NCBI RefSeq assembly: GCF_006345805.1
Contig: NC_042997.1
Location: forward strand, 205,406,001-205,470,000
Direction: 5' to 3'
Source of the DNA: Octopus sinensis
Taxonomy: Eukaryota
Length of the DNA: 64,000 nucleotides
Part shown: in pieces, positions 51,201 through 63,590 of the stretch
How the letters are laid out: every line of letters begins with the position of its first letter
How positions within the stretch are numbered: position 1 is the first letter of the stretch
Notes under the pieces: model-generated
The model's database searches: none
Told to the model about the DNA's origin: nothing
Seen by the model: only the letters and a program-made list of their open reading frames with translations
Program-made: the position numbers and the translations under genes

Positions 51201-51263
51201 ATTACTGCTAAGAATTTCATCCATCATGCTAATGATGCTGCCAGCTTGCTGCCTTATAATATG

Positions 51264-51302
<39 letters not shown>

Positions 51303-51336
51303 TAAAAAATATATATTTATTTATTATGATATATGT

Positions 51337-51372
51337 ACTAGCAATGCATCCTGGTGTTGCCCGGGTGTTATG
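51337..51372 (-). mobile_element. Helitron-like 3' terminus (body probably extends to about 52300)
   Basis: Reverse strand reads cccgggcaacaccagg, hairpin-like, then atgcattg and CTAG|T. Confidence 0.5.
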
Positions 51373-52859
51373 ATCTACAGCCACATTGTATTATTTGTTC
51401 CTTTCTTATGGGACTGTTATATAGTGAACTGGATTACTGGTGTAATGAATGTTATCGTTTGTTTAAAAATAATGGTCGGGGAAGGTTACAATCTGCATGG
51501 GTTTGCATGAAAGTGCTCTCTGTTCTTAAGAAGGATCACAAACTATGTATTGTATCATTGTATAAAAGGAGGTTAATATGATTTTGCCCAGAAATCGCGT
51601 TTTCAGAATTTTAATCCCCCCCCCATCCCTACTGCACTTTCTTAATTTGTAACTTTTTTAATTTATTATTTTTTCATCCATGTAGAAAGATACAGAGATC
51701 ATGAATCTGGGAAATCTGTTTTTTTTTTAAAGTTTAATTTTTATCTTAAACATTCAATGCCCACCTCGCCCACCCATCACCTACCCACTTTCAAAAAAGC
51801 TAAAGACACCCAGTGTTTCACTTCTGTCTGATGTTTCATCCATGTGTAGAATTGTAAATGTAAAAAATATCAGACAACTACCAGAAAAACCAACATGCTA
51901 GAAACAACAGGTGAACAACATTAAATTTCTCTGCTTTCTAAAATGCTAAAAGTGAAACATTGGGAGGTTGTAGGTTTTTGAAAGTAGTGAGATGATGGGT
52001 GGATGTTTGGGAAGGAGATTTTAGTGTTTCTTTAAGCAAAAAGAAATTCTTAAAGATTCGTACTCTCTGTTTGCTTTGGCTATGGATTACCAAATAAAGA
52101 ATTTCGAAAAAGTAAGAAATGAAGAAATTTGTGTGGGAAGGGAGAAAATTAAAATACTGAGAACATATTTTTGGGTGAAAGACTAATTTCCTGTATTGAA
52201 AACTTAACAATTGGAAGAAATTTAAGAAAAAAAAAATCAGGTGGGGGTGGGGGACACAAATGTCACCATGGACATGCTAGAAACAACAGGTAAAGGATAG
52301 GATTTCTGGGAGAACTTCCTTTTAAGTACATATCAAAGATCAGGTTTTTAAATACAGTCATCACAAACACGAATTAACGAATAGAAAAAGGTGATTTCAA
52401 CTGGATTTGAGCTGTAATTTTGTGTGTGCACATAACAAGGAAAAACATAATTCATAGAGAAGTGTTGCCTAGAGTGTGTGTGTGTGTGTGTGTGTGCCAA
52501 AGGAAGTTATTTTATGATATTCTTTTGTTCGAAGCAGGAAAGTTGTCAATTCAATCCTATGGTCTACCATATGGAATCATATGATTGCTTGTTAATTTCC
52601 ATAAATTTTTTTTATTTCTTTATGCTTTGAAGAGAGGAGAAAGTGAAAAGGCAATGTTTGCTTTGAAGTGGGATTAGAAAGTGAAAAGGTGATATTTGCT
52701 TTGAAGTGTGAGCAGAAAGTGAGAGAGAGGCGAAAGTGAAAGATGTATGTATGTGTATGTGAAATGGATGTGTATTTATGTGTGCATGTGCATGAGAGAG
52801 TGAGTGAAGGCATGTGTTGTCATCTATCTATTTTTTGTTTGTGGCACTTACTTGCTCTT

Positions 52860-52893
<34 letters not shown>

Positions 52894-53944
52894 CTTTCAT
52901 ATATATGTACATATATACATATGCATACTTCTTTTTTGTATGTGTATGTGCACGTGGGAGTGAAAGTGGGTGAATGTGTTTCCTCGTAACATGTACAGAA
53001 ATGGATTGCTTTTAAGGTACACACTCATACAGAAAATGTGACCATCACTATGGCATAAAATGTCATTTATGAAAGTTTACTTATCGAAAGATTATAAAGT
53101 TAATCTTTTTTTTTTTAATCAAATATTTAACTGAAAATAAAGTTTATTTGTTGGCCAAAAGAGTACTGAATTCTTTTCAAATTGGCAACTCAGTTCTCAA
53201 ATGCATTCGTTAATTTCTTTAAGAATTTTTTATCTCTTTATACTTTTAAAATAGCAGAAAATGAAAGAGAAAGTGGAGTGAAAAGGTGACATTTGCTTTG
53301 AAGTGAGAGCAGACAGTGAAAGATGTATGTACATATATATGAAATGGACATGTGTGTGTGTGTGTGTGTGCATGCATGCATGTGTGTGTGAAAGAGGGAG
53401 TGAGTGAGTGAATGTGTGTTTTGTCATGCATGTTTTTTTGCATGTATGTGTAAGTGGCACTCACTCGGTTTCTCTCTCTCTCTCTCACACATACATGTGT
53501 GCACACTCATTATCTTTCATATAAACGTACATAAATACATATGCATACATCTTTTTTGTATATATGTGTGCATATTGCATGGGAGAAAGAGAGAGAGAGT
53601 GAGTGACTGTATTTCCCCATAACCTATAGAGAAATGGATGTCTTTTGAGGTACACCACTCATATAGAAAATGTGACTTCATTGTCATTGTGGCATGAAAT
53701 GTTTATGATAGTTGAGTTATAGAAAAGATTATCATGTCAAATTTTTGTAATGCAAATATGTAAATGAAAATAATGTTTATTTGGTAGCCAAAAGATTAGT
53801 GAATCATTTAATACCTCATATGTCAAAATCAGCAACTTAGTTTTCAATTGTATATGGAACATATACACACACACACACACACACACAAACTCTCATTTAA
53901 ATATAGATAGATATAAAACATGTTATGTTAATATATCATTTTGG

Positions 53945-54035
53945 AGCCTGGTGCAGCCATCTGGCTCGCCAGTCCTCAGTCAAACTGTCCAACCCCTGCC
54001 AGCATGGAAAGTGGATGTGAAACGACGATGATGAT
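53945..54035 (+). mobile_element. RTE-X tail remnant
   Basis: gtccaacccctgccagcatggaaagtggatgtgaaacgacgatgatgat. Confidence 0.7.
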
Positions 54036-54079
54036 ACGTATTATATATAACATATATTAAACAGGAACAATAGTTTTTC

Positions 54080-54352
54080 CCCCTGGCACGATGGAATCTG
54101 TTTTCTGTACATCTTATTGTACCTGTGCATCTTCCACATGCAGAAGCTATTTTCCCTGTTGACCTTCCTCTGATATTGCTGCCCCTCTTATATGTCCATA
54201 GCTTACACCAGGTACATCTTATGGAGTTTTTAGCAATGCCTTTTCTACAGATCCTGAAGGAATTTTTGATTTGTCTACCTTCCTACTTACTGAGAGTTTG
54301 GTTTTTGCTAGGTTTACTCTAAGGCCCTTTGATTCTAGACCTTGCTTCCGTA
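54080..54352 (-). mobile_element. RTE-X ORF remnant covering the PHD-like region
   Basis: Reverse complement resembles 21270-21520 (ctagaatcaaagggccttagagtaaacctagc...tgtagaaaaggc...gatgtacctggtgtaagctatggac). Confidence 0.7.
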
Positions 54353-54389
54353 CCTAGATATATTTATTATATTTATTATATATGCTGTG

Positions 54390-54909
54390 ACTGAGAAGAC
54401 CCGGCAAATAAAGTGAGATCACAGCTGTAGCCTACACCAGTGTTGCATAACCAGCACACTCAAAAAGTACCTTGGATCGTAGGGCGACATGCCATGCTTG
54501 AGGAGACCTATTGAGTCAAGTATATCAAAACCAAAATCAAATGGAAATTGTAATTGTGGCTGATGCCAGCGCCACCTGACTGGCTCCCTGTGCCAGTCAC
54601 ACGCAAAAAGCACCATCCGAATATGATTGATGCCAGCCACCTCGCTCTGACTGGCTCCTGTGCTGGTGGCACGTAAAAAGCACCATCCGAATGTGGCTGA
54701 TGCCAGCACTGCCTTGACTGGCTCCTGTGTTGGTGGCACATAAAAAGCACCCGCTACACTCTCAGAATGGTTAGCGTTAGGAAGGGCATCCAGCTGTAGA
54801 AACATTGCCATGTCAGATTGTAGCCTGATGCGGCCTCTTGGCTTCCCAGACCCCGGTCGAACTGTCCAACCCATGCCAGCATGGAAAACGGACGTTAAAT
54901 GATGATGAT
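54390..54909 (+). mobile_element. RTE-X-type 3' UTR copy ending 55 nt before the macrodomain exon
   Basis: Internal aaaagcaccatccgaat repeats; ttaggaagggcatccagctgtagaaa...gcatggaaaacggacgttaaatgatgatgat. Confidence 0.8.
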
Positions 54910-54964
54910 TAACATATATTAACATGTATTAAACAGGAACATAAGAAGGCAAATATCTTTGCAG

Positions 54965-55213
54965 GTGGGTCTGAAATTCAAACTGAATCTAACAAAATTA
55001 TGAAAGAAAGAAGGAGTGAACTGAAAACTGGAGAAGTAGTGTCAACTAATGCTGGTAAACTCAAATGCAAGACTATCATTCATGCTGTTGGACCCGTTTG
55101 GAATAATGGATGGAATCAGGAAATGGATTACCTTTCAAGAGCTGTTCAAAATTGTTTGGCAGTTCTTGAAGAAAAGTCTTATACATCAATTGCAATTCCT
55201 GCCATCAGTACAG
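54965..55213 (+). CDS. PARP14: Next coding exon (249 nt, phase 1-1) of the PARP14-like gene: continuation of macrodomain 1
   Basis: Acceptor ctttgcAG at 54963-64 and donor GTAAG at 55214. Splicing to 49166 gives in-frame KKG|GSEIQTESNKIM...TGEVVSTNAGKLKCKTIIHAVGPVW...SIAIPAISTG, the canonical macrodomain IHAVGP and SIAxPAISTG motifs. Confidence 0.9.
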
Positions 55214-55304
55214 GTAAGAATTTACCATTTTAATTCTGTTCAAATTATTTGGTATAGAAATAAGAATTACAATATTCAAATATCTTCAGTTTGTTTCATT
55301 ACTA

Positions 55305-55480
55305 CTCTCTGTCCATGCTGGAGCAGCACTGCCTTGAAGAATTTTTAGTCAAGTGGATCAACCTCAGTACTTATTGTTTTAAAGTATGGTACTTATTCTA
55401 TCAGTCTCTTTTGCTGAACCACTAATTTACATGGACATAAACACACCAACACCAGTTATCAAGTGGTAGTGGGAACAAAC
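55305..55480 (-). mobile_element. SINE fragment with a CR1-family-B-like tail
   Basis: Reverse strand ends aaggcagtgctgctccagcatgg; compare the LINE tail ggcggtgc(a/c)ccagcatggccgc. Confidence 0.55.
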
Positions 55481-55496
55481 ACATGCATGTATATAT

Positions 55497-57300
55497 CATC
55501 GTCATCATCATTTAACGTCTGTTGTCCATGCTGGCATGGGTTGGACGATTTGACAGGAGGTGACACGCTGGAAGGTTGCGCCAGGATCCAGTCTGATTTG
55601 GTATGGTTCTCTATGGCTGGATGCCCTTCCTAATGCCAACCACTCCAAGAGTGTAATGGGTATTTTTACGTGCCGCTGGCACAGGTGACATTTGCGTGAC
55701 ACCAGTATCTGCCATGACTGCGATTATTCTCCGCTTGATGGGTCTTCTTCTCAAGAATGACGTAATGCCAAAGGTCTTGGTCATTGCCTCCATGTGACCC
55801 AACTATGGAACTCAGCCACCTTGCCTCTATGTCGCCCAACATTCAAGGTTGATTTTCTTATGTGCCACCAGGATGGGTGCGCTTGGCTTGATGGGTCCTC
55901 TTAAGCAAAGCACATCACCAAAGGTCGCGGTCACTAGTCCTTGCCTCTGTGAGTTTCAAGGTTCGAAGATCATGCTTCACCACCTTGTCCCATGTCTTCC
56001 TGGATCTACCTCTACCACAGGTTCCCTACACAGTTAAAGATCGGCACTTCTTTACACAGCTGTCCCTGTCCATAGGCATCACATGACCATACCAGTGCAG
56101 TCTTCTCTCTTGCACAATACATCTGGTTCCTCTTATGCCTAACTTTTCTCTCAAGATGCTTACACTGTCAAACACTGACATTGCACATCCAGTGAAGCAT
56201 ACTGGCTTCATTTCTCTCAAGCCTACACATGTCCTCAGCTGTTATAGCCCATGTTTCACTGCCATGCTGCATCGATATTCACACACAGGCATCAAACAAT
56301 CTGCCTTTCACTCTGAGAGAGAAGCCCTTTGTTGCCAGCAGGGGTTGCAGCTCTCTGAACTTTGCCCAAACTAATCTTATTCTCACAGCAATGCTCTTGG
56401 AACAACCATCTCCACTACTGACCTGGTTGCCTAGATACCAGAAGCTATCTACTACCTCTTTCTGTTGACTACCTGGCAGTCGATGAAGTCTATTTTCCAC
56501 ACATATTCAGCATTTATTACGCCTGTAAAACTCCTACATACAAAGGATAGTTTCTCTGTTAACATTCCTTTGATGTTGCTGCACCTTTTGTGTATCCAAA
56601 GCTTGCACTGGGTGCATCTTGTGAAGTTTCTACCTACACCTTTTCTACAGACTGAGCACGGCCATCTACCTGAAGGGATTTGTGATTTGTCTGCCTTTCA
56701 CTCTTACTATGACTTTGTTTTTGCTAGGTTAACTCTAAGGCTCTTTGATTCTAGACCTTGCTTCCATACCGGGAACTTCCTCTCTAGTGCAGGTAGTGAT
56801 TCAGTTATAACAGCAAGGTCATCAGCATAGAGGAGCTCCCAGGGGCATCCTGTCTTGAATTCCTTTGTTATTGCCTGGAGAACTATGATGAACAAGAGAG
56901 GGATGAGCACCGATCCTTGGTGAACCCCTACTTGCATCCTGAATTCTTCACTGTACTCGTTGCCCAACCTCACCTTACTGGTAGCATCCCTGTACAAGGC
57001 TCGTACAGCTCTCACCAACCACTCGTCTATTCCTAGTTGCTGTGTTGACCACCAGATAAGGGATTGGGCGCTCTGTCAAAAACTTTCTCCAAGTCAACAA
57101 AAGCCAAGGTTTATCTTTGATAGGAATTTCTCCTGCAGCTGTCTTACCAGAAATATAGCATCAGTGGTGCTTCTCCCTGGCACAAATCCAAACTGCATCT
57201 CATCTAGATTCTCTCCCAGATTAATTAGGCTAGGACTCTCTCTGCAATTTTCATCACCTGATCCACGAGAGGTTTCAGTTTCTGTCTACCAGATCCACTC
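55497..57300 (-). mobile_element. Diverged RTE-X-like LINE, 5'-truncated (RT, PHD-like region, 3' UTR)
   Basis: GVHQGSVLIP..LYADDLA (56707..57018), KFRELQPLL..RLFDACV, RLHWYGH; (CAT)n tail at 55497. Confidence 0.85.
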
Positions 57301-57799
57301 ACAGGGCTTTGGTCAGACCATGGTTATAGTAACATAATTACTATCAAATAGGAATGAAATCCAAAAAAGTCCAATTTCAAATGAAAGCATATACTTGCTA
57401 TAATGTTCATTGATTCCATAGAAAATAATATGCATGGAGAGTGTCAATCTTGAGTATTCAAGTACTCCTGTTTGATTATTTCTGTCTAACCTTATTTTCT
57501 GGGAAAGTTAGTTTGGTGCAGAACCTGTATGGGTTAATTATGTACAGTAGTGACCATGCTGAATCACTACCTGCATAACCTGTTTTCAATAACATCTTTC
57601 TTGAAATTTTGGTCGAAAGCCTTTTCTACTTACTTGTATAGTTTTCCTTGTAAGAAACCCATAATGAGGTTAGCATATGAGGGTGCAAATTTCGTCCCCA
57701 TTAAGAATATAAATGATGAGTCAGCATTTAGAAATAAATCTTACTTCACCCCTTACAGGGTTGGGGAGTGACAAACATTTATATACATATATAGACGCA

Positions 57800-58010
57800 A
57801 ATTTCCAAATTCACTCTCAGAGCCTGTAAATGCAAACAGAACATTTGTTAAGAAGCAAAGAAAGCTTCACTAACACTAACTGAAGAATGCCAATTGACTC
57901 ATCCTCAAAGATGCCAATAAGGATGGGGTGATAGTGATTATAGAGAGGGATGATTACAAAGACAAAATATTGGAATATCTAACCAACCAAAAACTACTAT
58001 AAGAAAGACA
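57800..58010 (+). mobile_element. Penelope-like RT N-terminal remnant
   Basis: LILKDANKDGVIVIIERDDYKDKILEYL resembles the Penelope motif IKPADKG.AVVILDR.DY. Confidence 0.55.
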
Positions 58011-58099
58011 GAACATTAATTGACCAATACCCAGACTTCTTCACAGGTAAGGAAATAAAATACTTATGTAAATCAGAAATTTAAGACTGTAATTTTTAC

Positions 58100-61000
58100 A
58101 GATTACTCAAGATCCACAGAAACTTTTGTTTGAAATCTCAATTTTGTAAGAATTTTCATTTTTGTGAGGAGCTCCATTCTTGTTAGAATTTTCATATTTG
58201 AAAGAATTATCATTTTTGTTGCAAGTCCCATTTAGTGAGGAGTTCCATTTTTGTAAGGAGTCCCCGTCTTGTTAGATGTCTCAGTTTTGTGAAAAATTCC
58301 ACTGTTGTTAAAAGTCTCATTGTCGTGAAAATTACCATAGAAATCACATAGTTTAAAAAAAACCCTTACCTGTGAGAAGTCCCATTCTTGTGAGAAGTAC
58401 CGTTGTTGTTAGACGTCCCAGTTTTGTGAGATGTCCCATTCTTGTTTAGAAGTCTCCTTTTTGTCAGAAGTCTGAATTTTGTGAGAAGCCTCATTTTTTG
58501 AAAAGCCCCATTTTTATGAGAAGTCCTGTTCTTGTTAGGTAACCCATCTTTGTAAGAATTCCCATTTTTGTTAGTAGTCCCATTTTTTTGAAAAGCCCCA
58601 TGATCCTTACAAGTCCTTTGATCTTGAGAAATTCAATTCCTGTTAGAATTCTCATAGTTGTGTGAAGTCCCATTCCTGTTAATAGATCTATTCTTGTGAG
58701 AAGTATTGCTCTTCTTAAGAGTCCCATTTTTGGACAAGTACCATTCTTGTTAGAACCCCTATTACAATGAAAAGCCCTGTTTTTATTAGAAGTGCAATTA
58801 TTGTGAGAAGTCTCAATTTTATTAGAAATTCCATTGTTGTTATATCTCCCGTTTTCACTTCTTAGAAGTACCATTTTTTTGAGAGTTTCCATTCTTGTTA
58901 AAAGTCACATCCTTGTTAGAAGTTCCATTTTTGTGAGAAGTCCCATTTGATTTTCGTGAAAATACCCATGCTTCTTACAAGGCCTGTTATTGTGAGAAAT
59001 TCAATTCCTGTTAGAAGTCTCATTCTTGTTAGGAGTCCCATTTTTGTGAGAAGTCTCATTATTCTTAATAAACCTATTCTTGTGAGAAGTACTGTTCTTC
59101 TTGGGAGTCCCATTTTTGTGACAAGTTCATTGTTGTTAGAATTTCCATACTTGTAAGGAGCCCCATTCTTGTTAGATGTCTTATTATTAACAGAAGTTAC
59201 ATTCTTGCTAGAAGTTCCATTCTTTTTAGAAGTCTCAATCTTATTAGGACCACCTTGTTAGAAGTCTGAGTTTTGTGAAAATTCTCATTTTTGGGAGATG
59301 TTCCCCTCTTGTTAGAAGTCCCAATTTTTTGAGATGTTCCATTTTGTGATAAGTCTCACACTTGTTAGAAGTCTCATTTTTGTGAGAAGTCCCATTCATA
59401 CGAGATATATACCATTCTTTTAGAAGTCTCACTTAATTGAGAAATCCCATTCCTGTCAGAAGTCCTCCCCTTGTTACAAGTCCCATTTTTATTAGTAGTC
59501 CCAATGTTCTTAGAAGTCCTCTTCTTTTTTGATGTCCCATTTTTATGAAGAGTCCCATTATTGTGAGTAGTCCTACTTTTGTGAGTAGTCCCATTCTTGT
59601 TAGAAGTTTCATTTTTGTGAGAAGTCCCTTATTGTTTGAAGCCCCTTTTGTGTTACAAGCCCCCTTCTTTTTAGAAGTTCAATTTTATTTGTTTTCCAAT
59701 TCTTGTTAGAAGTCCTATTTTTATTAGGAGCACCTTCCTGTTAGAAGTTTGATTTTTGTGAAAATTTACATTTCTGGGAGACGTTCCTTTCTTTTTAGAA
59801 GTCCTAGTTTTGTGAGAATTTCCATTCTCATTAAAAGTACAAAACGTGTGTGAAGTCCCACTCTTATTAGAAGTCGTAAACATGTCAGAAGTTCCATTTT
59901 TGTTAGACATCCTGTTAGAAGTCTAATTTTTGCTAGAAGTCCCATTCATGTGAGAAGTCTTATTCTATTTAGATGGCTCATTCTTGTTAGAAGTCCCATT
60001 TTTGTCAGAAGTGCCACTCATGCTGCAAGTTCCATTTTTGTAAGAAGTTCTATTCTTGTGAGAAGTACTCTTTCTGTTTGATGTCTGTTTTTTTGTGAGA
60101 AGCCCTATTCTTGTAAACCTTCCCCTTCTTGATAGAATTCTCATTCTTGTTAGAATTCTCATTTTTGTTAGTAGTCCCAATGTTGTTTGAAGCCTTATTC
60201 TTATTCAAAATTCTATTTTCATGAAAAGTTCTATTCTTGTGATGAATCTCATTTTTGGGAGAAGATTCATTTTTGTGAGAAATCTCATTTTTGTGAGAAG
60301 ACCCATTCTTGTTAGAAGTCCCATTCTTTTTAGAAGTCCTATTCTTGTTAGAAGTCCTATTTTTGTTAGCACTCTCATTCTTTTCAGAAATCTCATTTTC
60401 GTGAGAAATTTCATTTTTGTGAGAACTGACATTTTTAAGAGAAATCTAATTTTTGTGAGAAGTTTTATTTCTGTGAGAAATCTCATTTTTGTAAGAAGTC
60501 CTATTCTTGTTATATGTCCATACTTGTTAGAAATCACATTTTCGTCAAAAGCCCCATTCTTCTTAGAAATCCCATTTGTGTAAGAAATCCCATTAAAAAT
60601 CTAATTTCTGTTTTAGAAGTGCCGTGTTTTTTAGGATCCCCCTTTTGTTAGAAGTCCGATCTTTGGGAAAAGACCCATATTTGGCTGAAGTCCACTTCTT
60701 GTTACTTCAAGGCCTAATCTCATTAGATGCACAAATTTGTGAGAAGTCCCACTGTTGTTAGAAATCACATACATATTAGAACTTCCATTGTTGTTAGAAG
60801 TCCCATTGTTGCTAGATGTCCCATTCATGTGAAAAGCCCAATTTTTGTGAGTAGTCCCATTTTTGTGAGAAGTCCTAATCTCCTTAGGATTTTCATTTTG
60901 TGAGAAGTCCCTTTTTTGTTTGAAATCCCTTACTTGTTAGAAGTCCTCTCTTTTGTGAGAAATTTCATTCTTGTTAGAAGTCCCATTTCCATTAGCAGTC

Positions 61001-62830
61001 CCATTGTTGTTTGAAGTCCCTTTCTTTTTAGAAGTTCCATTTTGGTGAAAAGCCCCATTTTTGTGACAAATCTCATTTTTGTGAGAAGTCGCATTCTTGT
61101 GAAATTTTCCTTTCCTGTTGGATGTCCCTTTTTTATGAGAAGTCCCATTCTTTTTCGAAGTACCATTGTTGTGGAAAGTCATATTTTTGTGAGAAATTAC
61201 ATTGTTTTGCAAAGTCCCATTCTTATGAGATTTTCCATTCTTTCAAGATGTCCTCTTGTAAGTCCTCTTCTTATTAGAAGCCCTATTTTTGTTAGAAGTC
61301 CCATTCTTGCTAGAAGTCCCATTATAATAAAAAGCCCCATTCTTTTTAGAAGTGCACTTTTTGTGACAAGTGTCGTTCTTTATACAAAACCCATTTTTAT
61401 TAGAAATTCTATTCAGTTTAGAAGTCCCATTCTTGTGGGAAGTCACATTCATGTTTGAAATCCTATTTTTATCAAAAGTCCCATTTTTGTTCAAAGTCCT
61501 ATTTTTGTGAGATGTCTCATTCTTATTACAAGATCCGTTATTGTGAGAAGTCCCATTCTTGACAGAAGTCTCATTTTTGTGAAAAGCTCCAATCTCTTTA
61601 GAAGTCACTTTTGAAAGCCCCTTTCTTGTTAGAAATCCCATCTTTGTGAGAAGCTCCATTCCCCTTGGAAGTCCTGGTAGCAATCCTATTCATGTGAAAA
61701 ACCCCATTTTCGTGAGAAGTCCCAATCTTCTTGGGATTCTTATTTCGTGAAAGGTCCCGTTCTTGTTAGAAGTCCTCTCTTTTGTGAGAAATCTCATTCT
61801 TGTTAGAAATCCCATTTCTGCTGCTTGAAGTTCCCTTCTTTTTAGAAGTTCCATTTTGGTGAAAAATCCCATTTTTGTGAGAAATCACATTCTTGTGAGA
61901 ATTCCCATTCCTGTTTAAAATCCCCTTCTTGCTAGAAGTCCCATTGTTCTTAGAAATCCCATTTTTGTTCGAGGTTCCATTCTTGTTAGTAATCCCAGTT
62001 TTGTGAGAATTCCAATTCTTGTTAGAAGTCCCATTCATGTGAGGAGTTTCATTAATGCAAGTAATCCAATTGTTTTTAGAAGCCTCATTGTTGTGAAAAG
62101 TCCCAATCATGTTAGAAGTCTTATTTTTGTGAGAAGTCCCTTTCTTTTCAGAAGTTCAATTCTTGTGAGATATCCCATTTATGTTGAAAAGTCACATTCT
62201 TGTTAAGAGTCCCATTTTTGTGAGACACCCCATCTTTTTGATGTCCCATTTTCCTGAGAAGTCCCATTCTAGTTAGAAGTCCCATACCTGTTAGAAGTTC
62301 AATATTTGTGACAAACCCATTTATGTTAGAAGTCCTATTTTTGTAAAAAGCCTTATTCTTGTTAGAAACCCATTCTTGTAAGTAGATCCAGGCCCATTAG
62401 AATTCCCAATCTTGTGAGAAGTCCCATTTACGTTGAGAGTCCCATTTCTGAAAAAAAGAAAAAGGCTTCATTCGTTTTAGGAGTCCCATTCTTGTTAAAA
62501 ATCGCATTGTCTTTAGATGTTTTATTTTTGTGAGAATTCCCATTCTTGTGATAAGTACCGTCCTTGTTAGTGGCCCCAGTTTTGTTTTAGAAGTCCCATT
62601 TTTCTGAGAATTCCTTTCTTGTTAGTATTCCTATTTTTGTGAGAAGTCCTCTTCTCCTAAGAAATCCAGTACTTTTTTGAGATCTCATTTTACTGAGAAA
62701 TCCCATTCTTGTTAGAATTCACACTTTTGTGTGAAGTCCCATTTCTGTTAGAATTTCCAGATTGTCAGAAGTGCCATTCTTGTCAGAATTTTCATTTTTG
62801 AGAAGTCTCTTTCTTGTTAGAAGTCCTTTA
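58100..62830. repeat. Degenerate 18-bp minisatellite, about 4.7 kb
   Basis: Alternating units agaagtcccattcttgtt / agaagtcccatttttgtg; the minus strand reads NKNGTS/HKNGTS or TRMGLL/TKMGLL. Confidence 0.9.
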
Positions 62831-63328
62831 TTCCCATTCATGTATCGCGCTATATTTCTCCACTCTTAGTTTTCTGCTAATTTGTTTCTTTCTCCTCTAA
62901 ATTGCCTTTGACAAACCTATTAATGGTTTTTAAAAACATAATTTGCCAGCATTCCCTTCATCATATATGCAGTAATCACATTCGGTTAAAATGGCTTGTT
63001 GGTATATTTTCTTTCTCTTTTTTCCTTGATGAGAAGATCACATTGTTTGACATCATTTTATTCCTTCTGCAATAATACCAATGTTTTCTTCGAAACATAT
63101 GTCAGAAGTATAAAGATTTGAATATTCAATTGTGTTTAACTCCATTTCTTTATTTATCTATGTCATACAAAAAGCATTTCACTAAACCCTGGAATTTCTA
63201 CCTTTATAAGTAAGATGTAATATCCTTAGTACTTATGTGAATTTTTGCTACCCTGGTAACTATTCATTTATTTTTTCCATGTTATTTGTATACATTGAAA
63301 AAATACATATTTTATATATATATATATA

Positions 63329-63590
63329 TCATCATTGTCATCATCATCTAACGTCCCCTTTCCATGCTAGCATGTATTGGACGATTTGTCTGAGGACTGG
63401 TGAACCAGATGGCTGCACCAGGCTCCAGTCTTGATCTGGCAGAGTTTCTACAGCTGGATGCTCTTCCTAACGCCAACCACTCTGAGAGTGTAGTGGGTGC
63501 TAGTAAGGCAACGCAGGTAACGATCATGCTCAAATGGTGCTCTTCATGTGCCACCGGCATGGAAGCCAGACAGCTGCTCTGGCAGTGATC
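63329..63590 (-). mobile_element. RTE-X tail copy
   Basis: catcatcatctaacgtcccctttccatgctagc..gtttctacagctggatgctcttcctaacgccaaccac. Confidence 0.8.
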
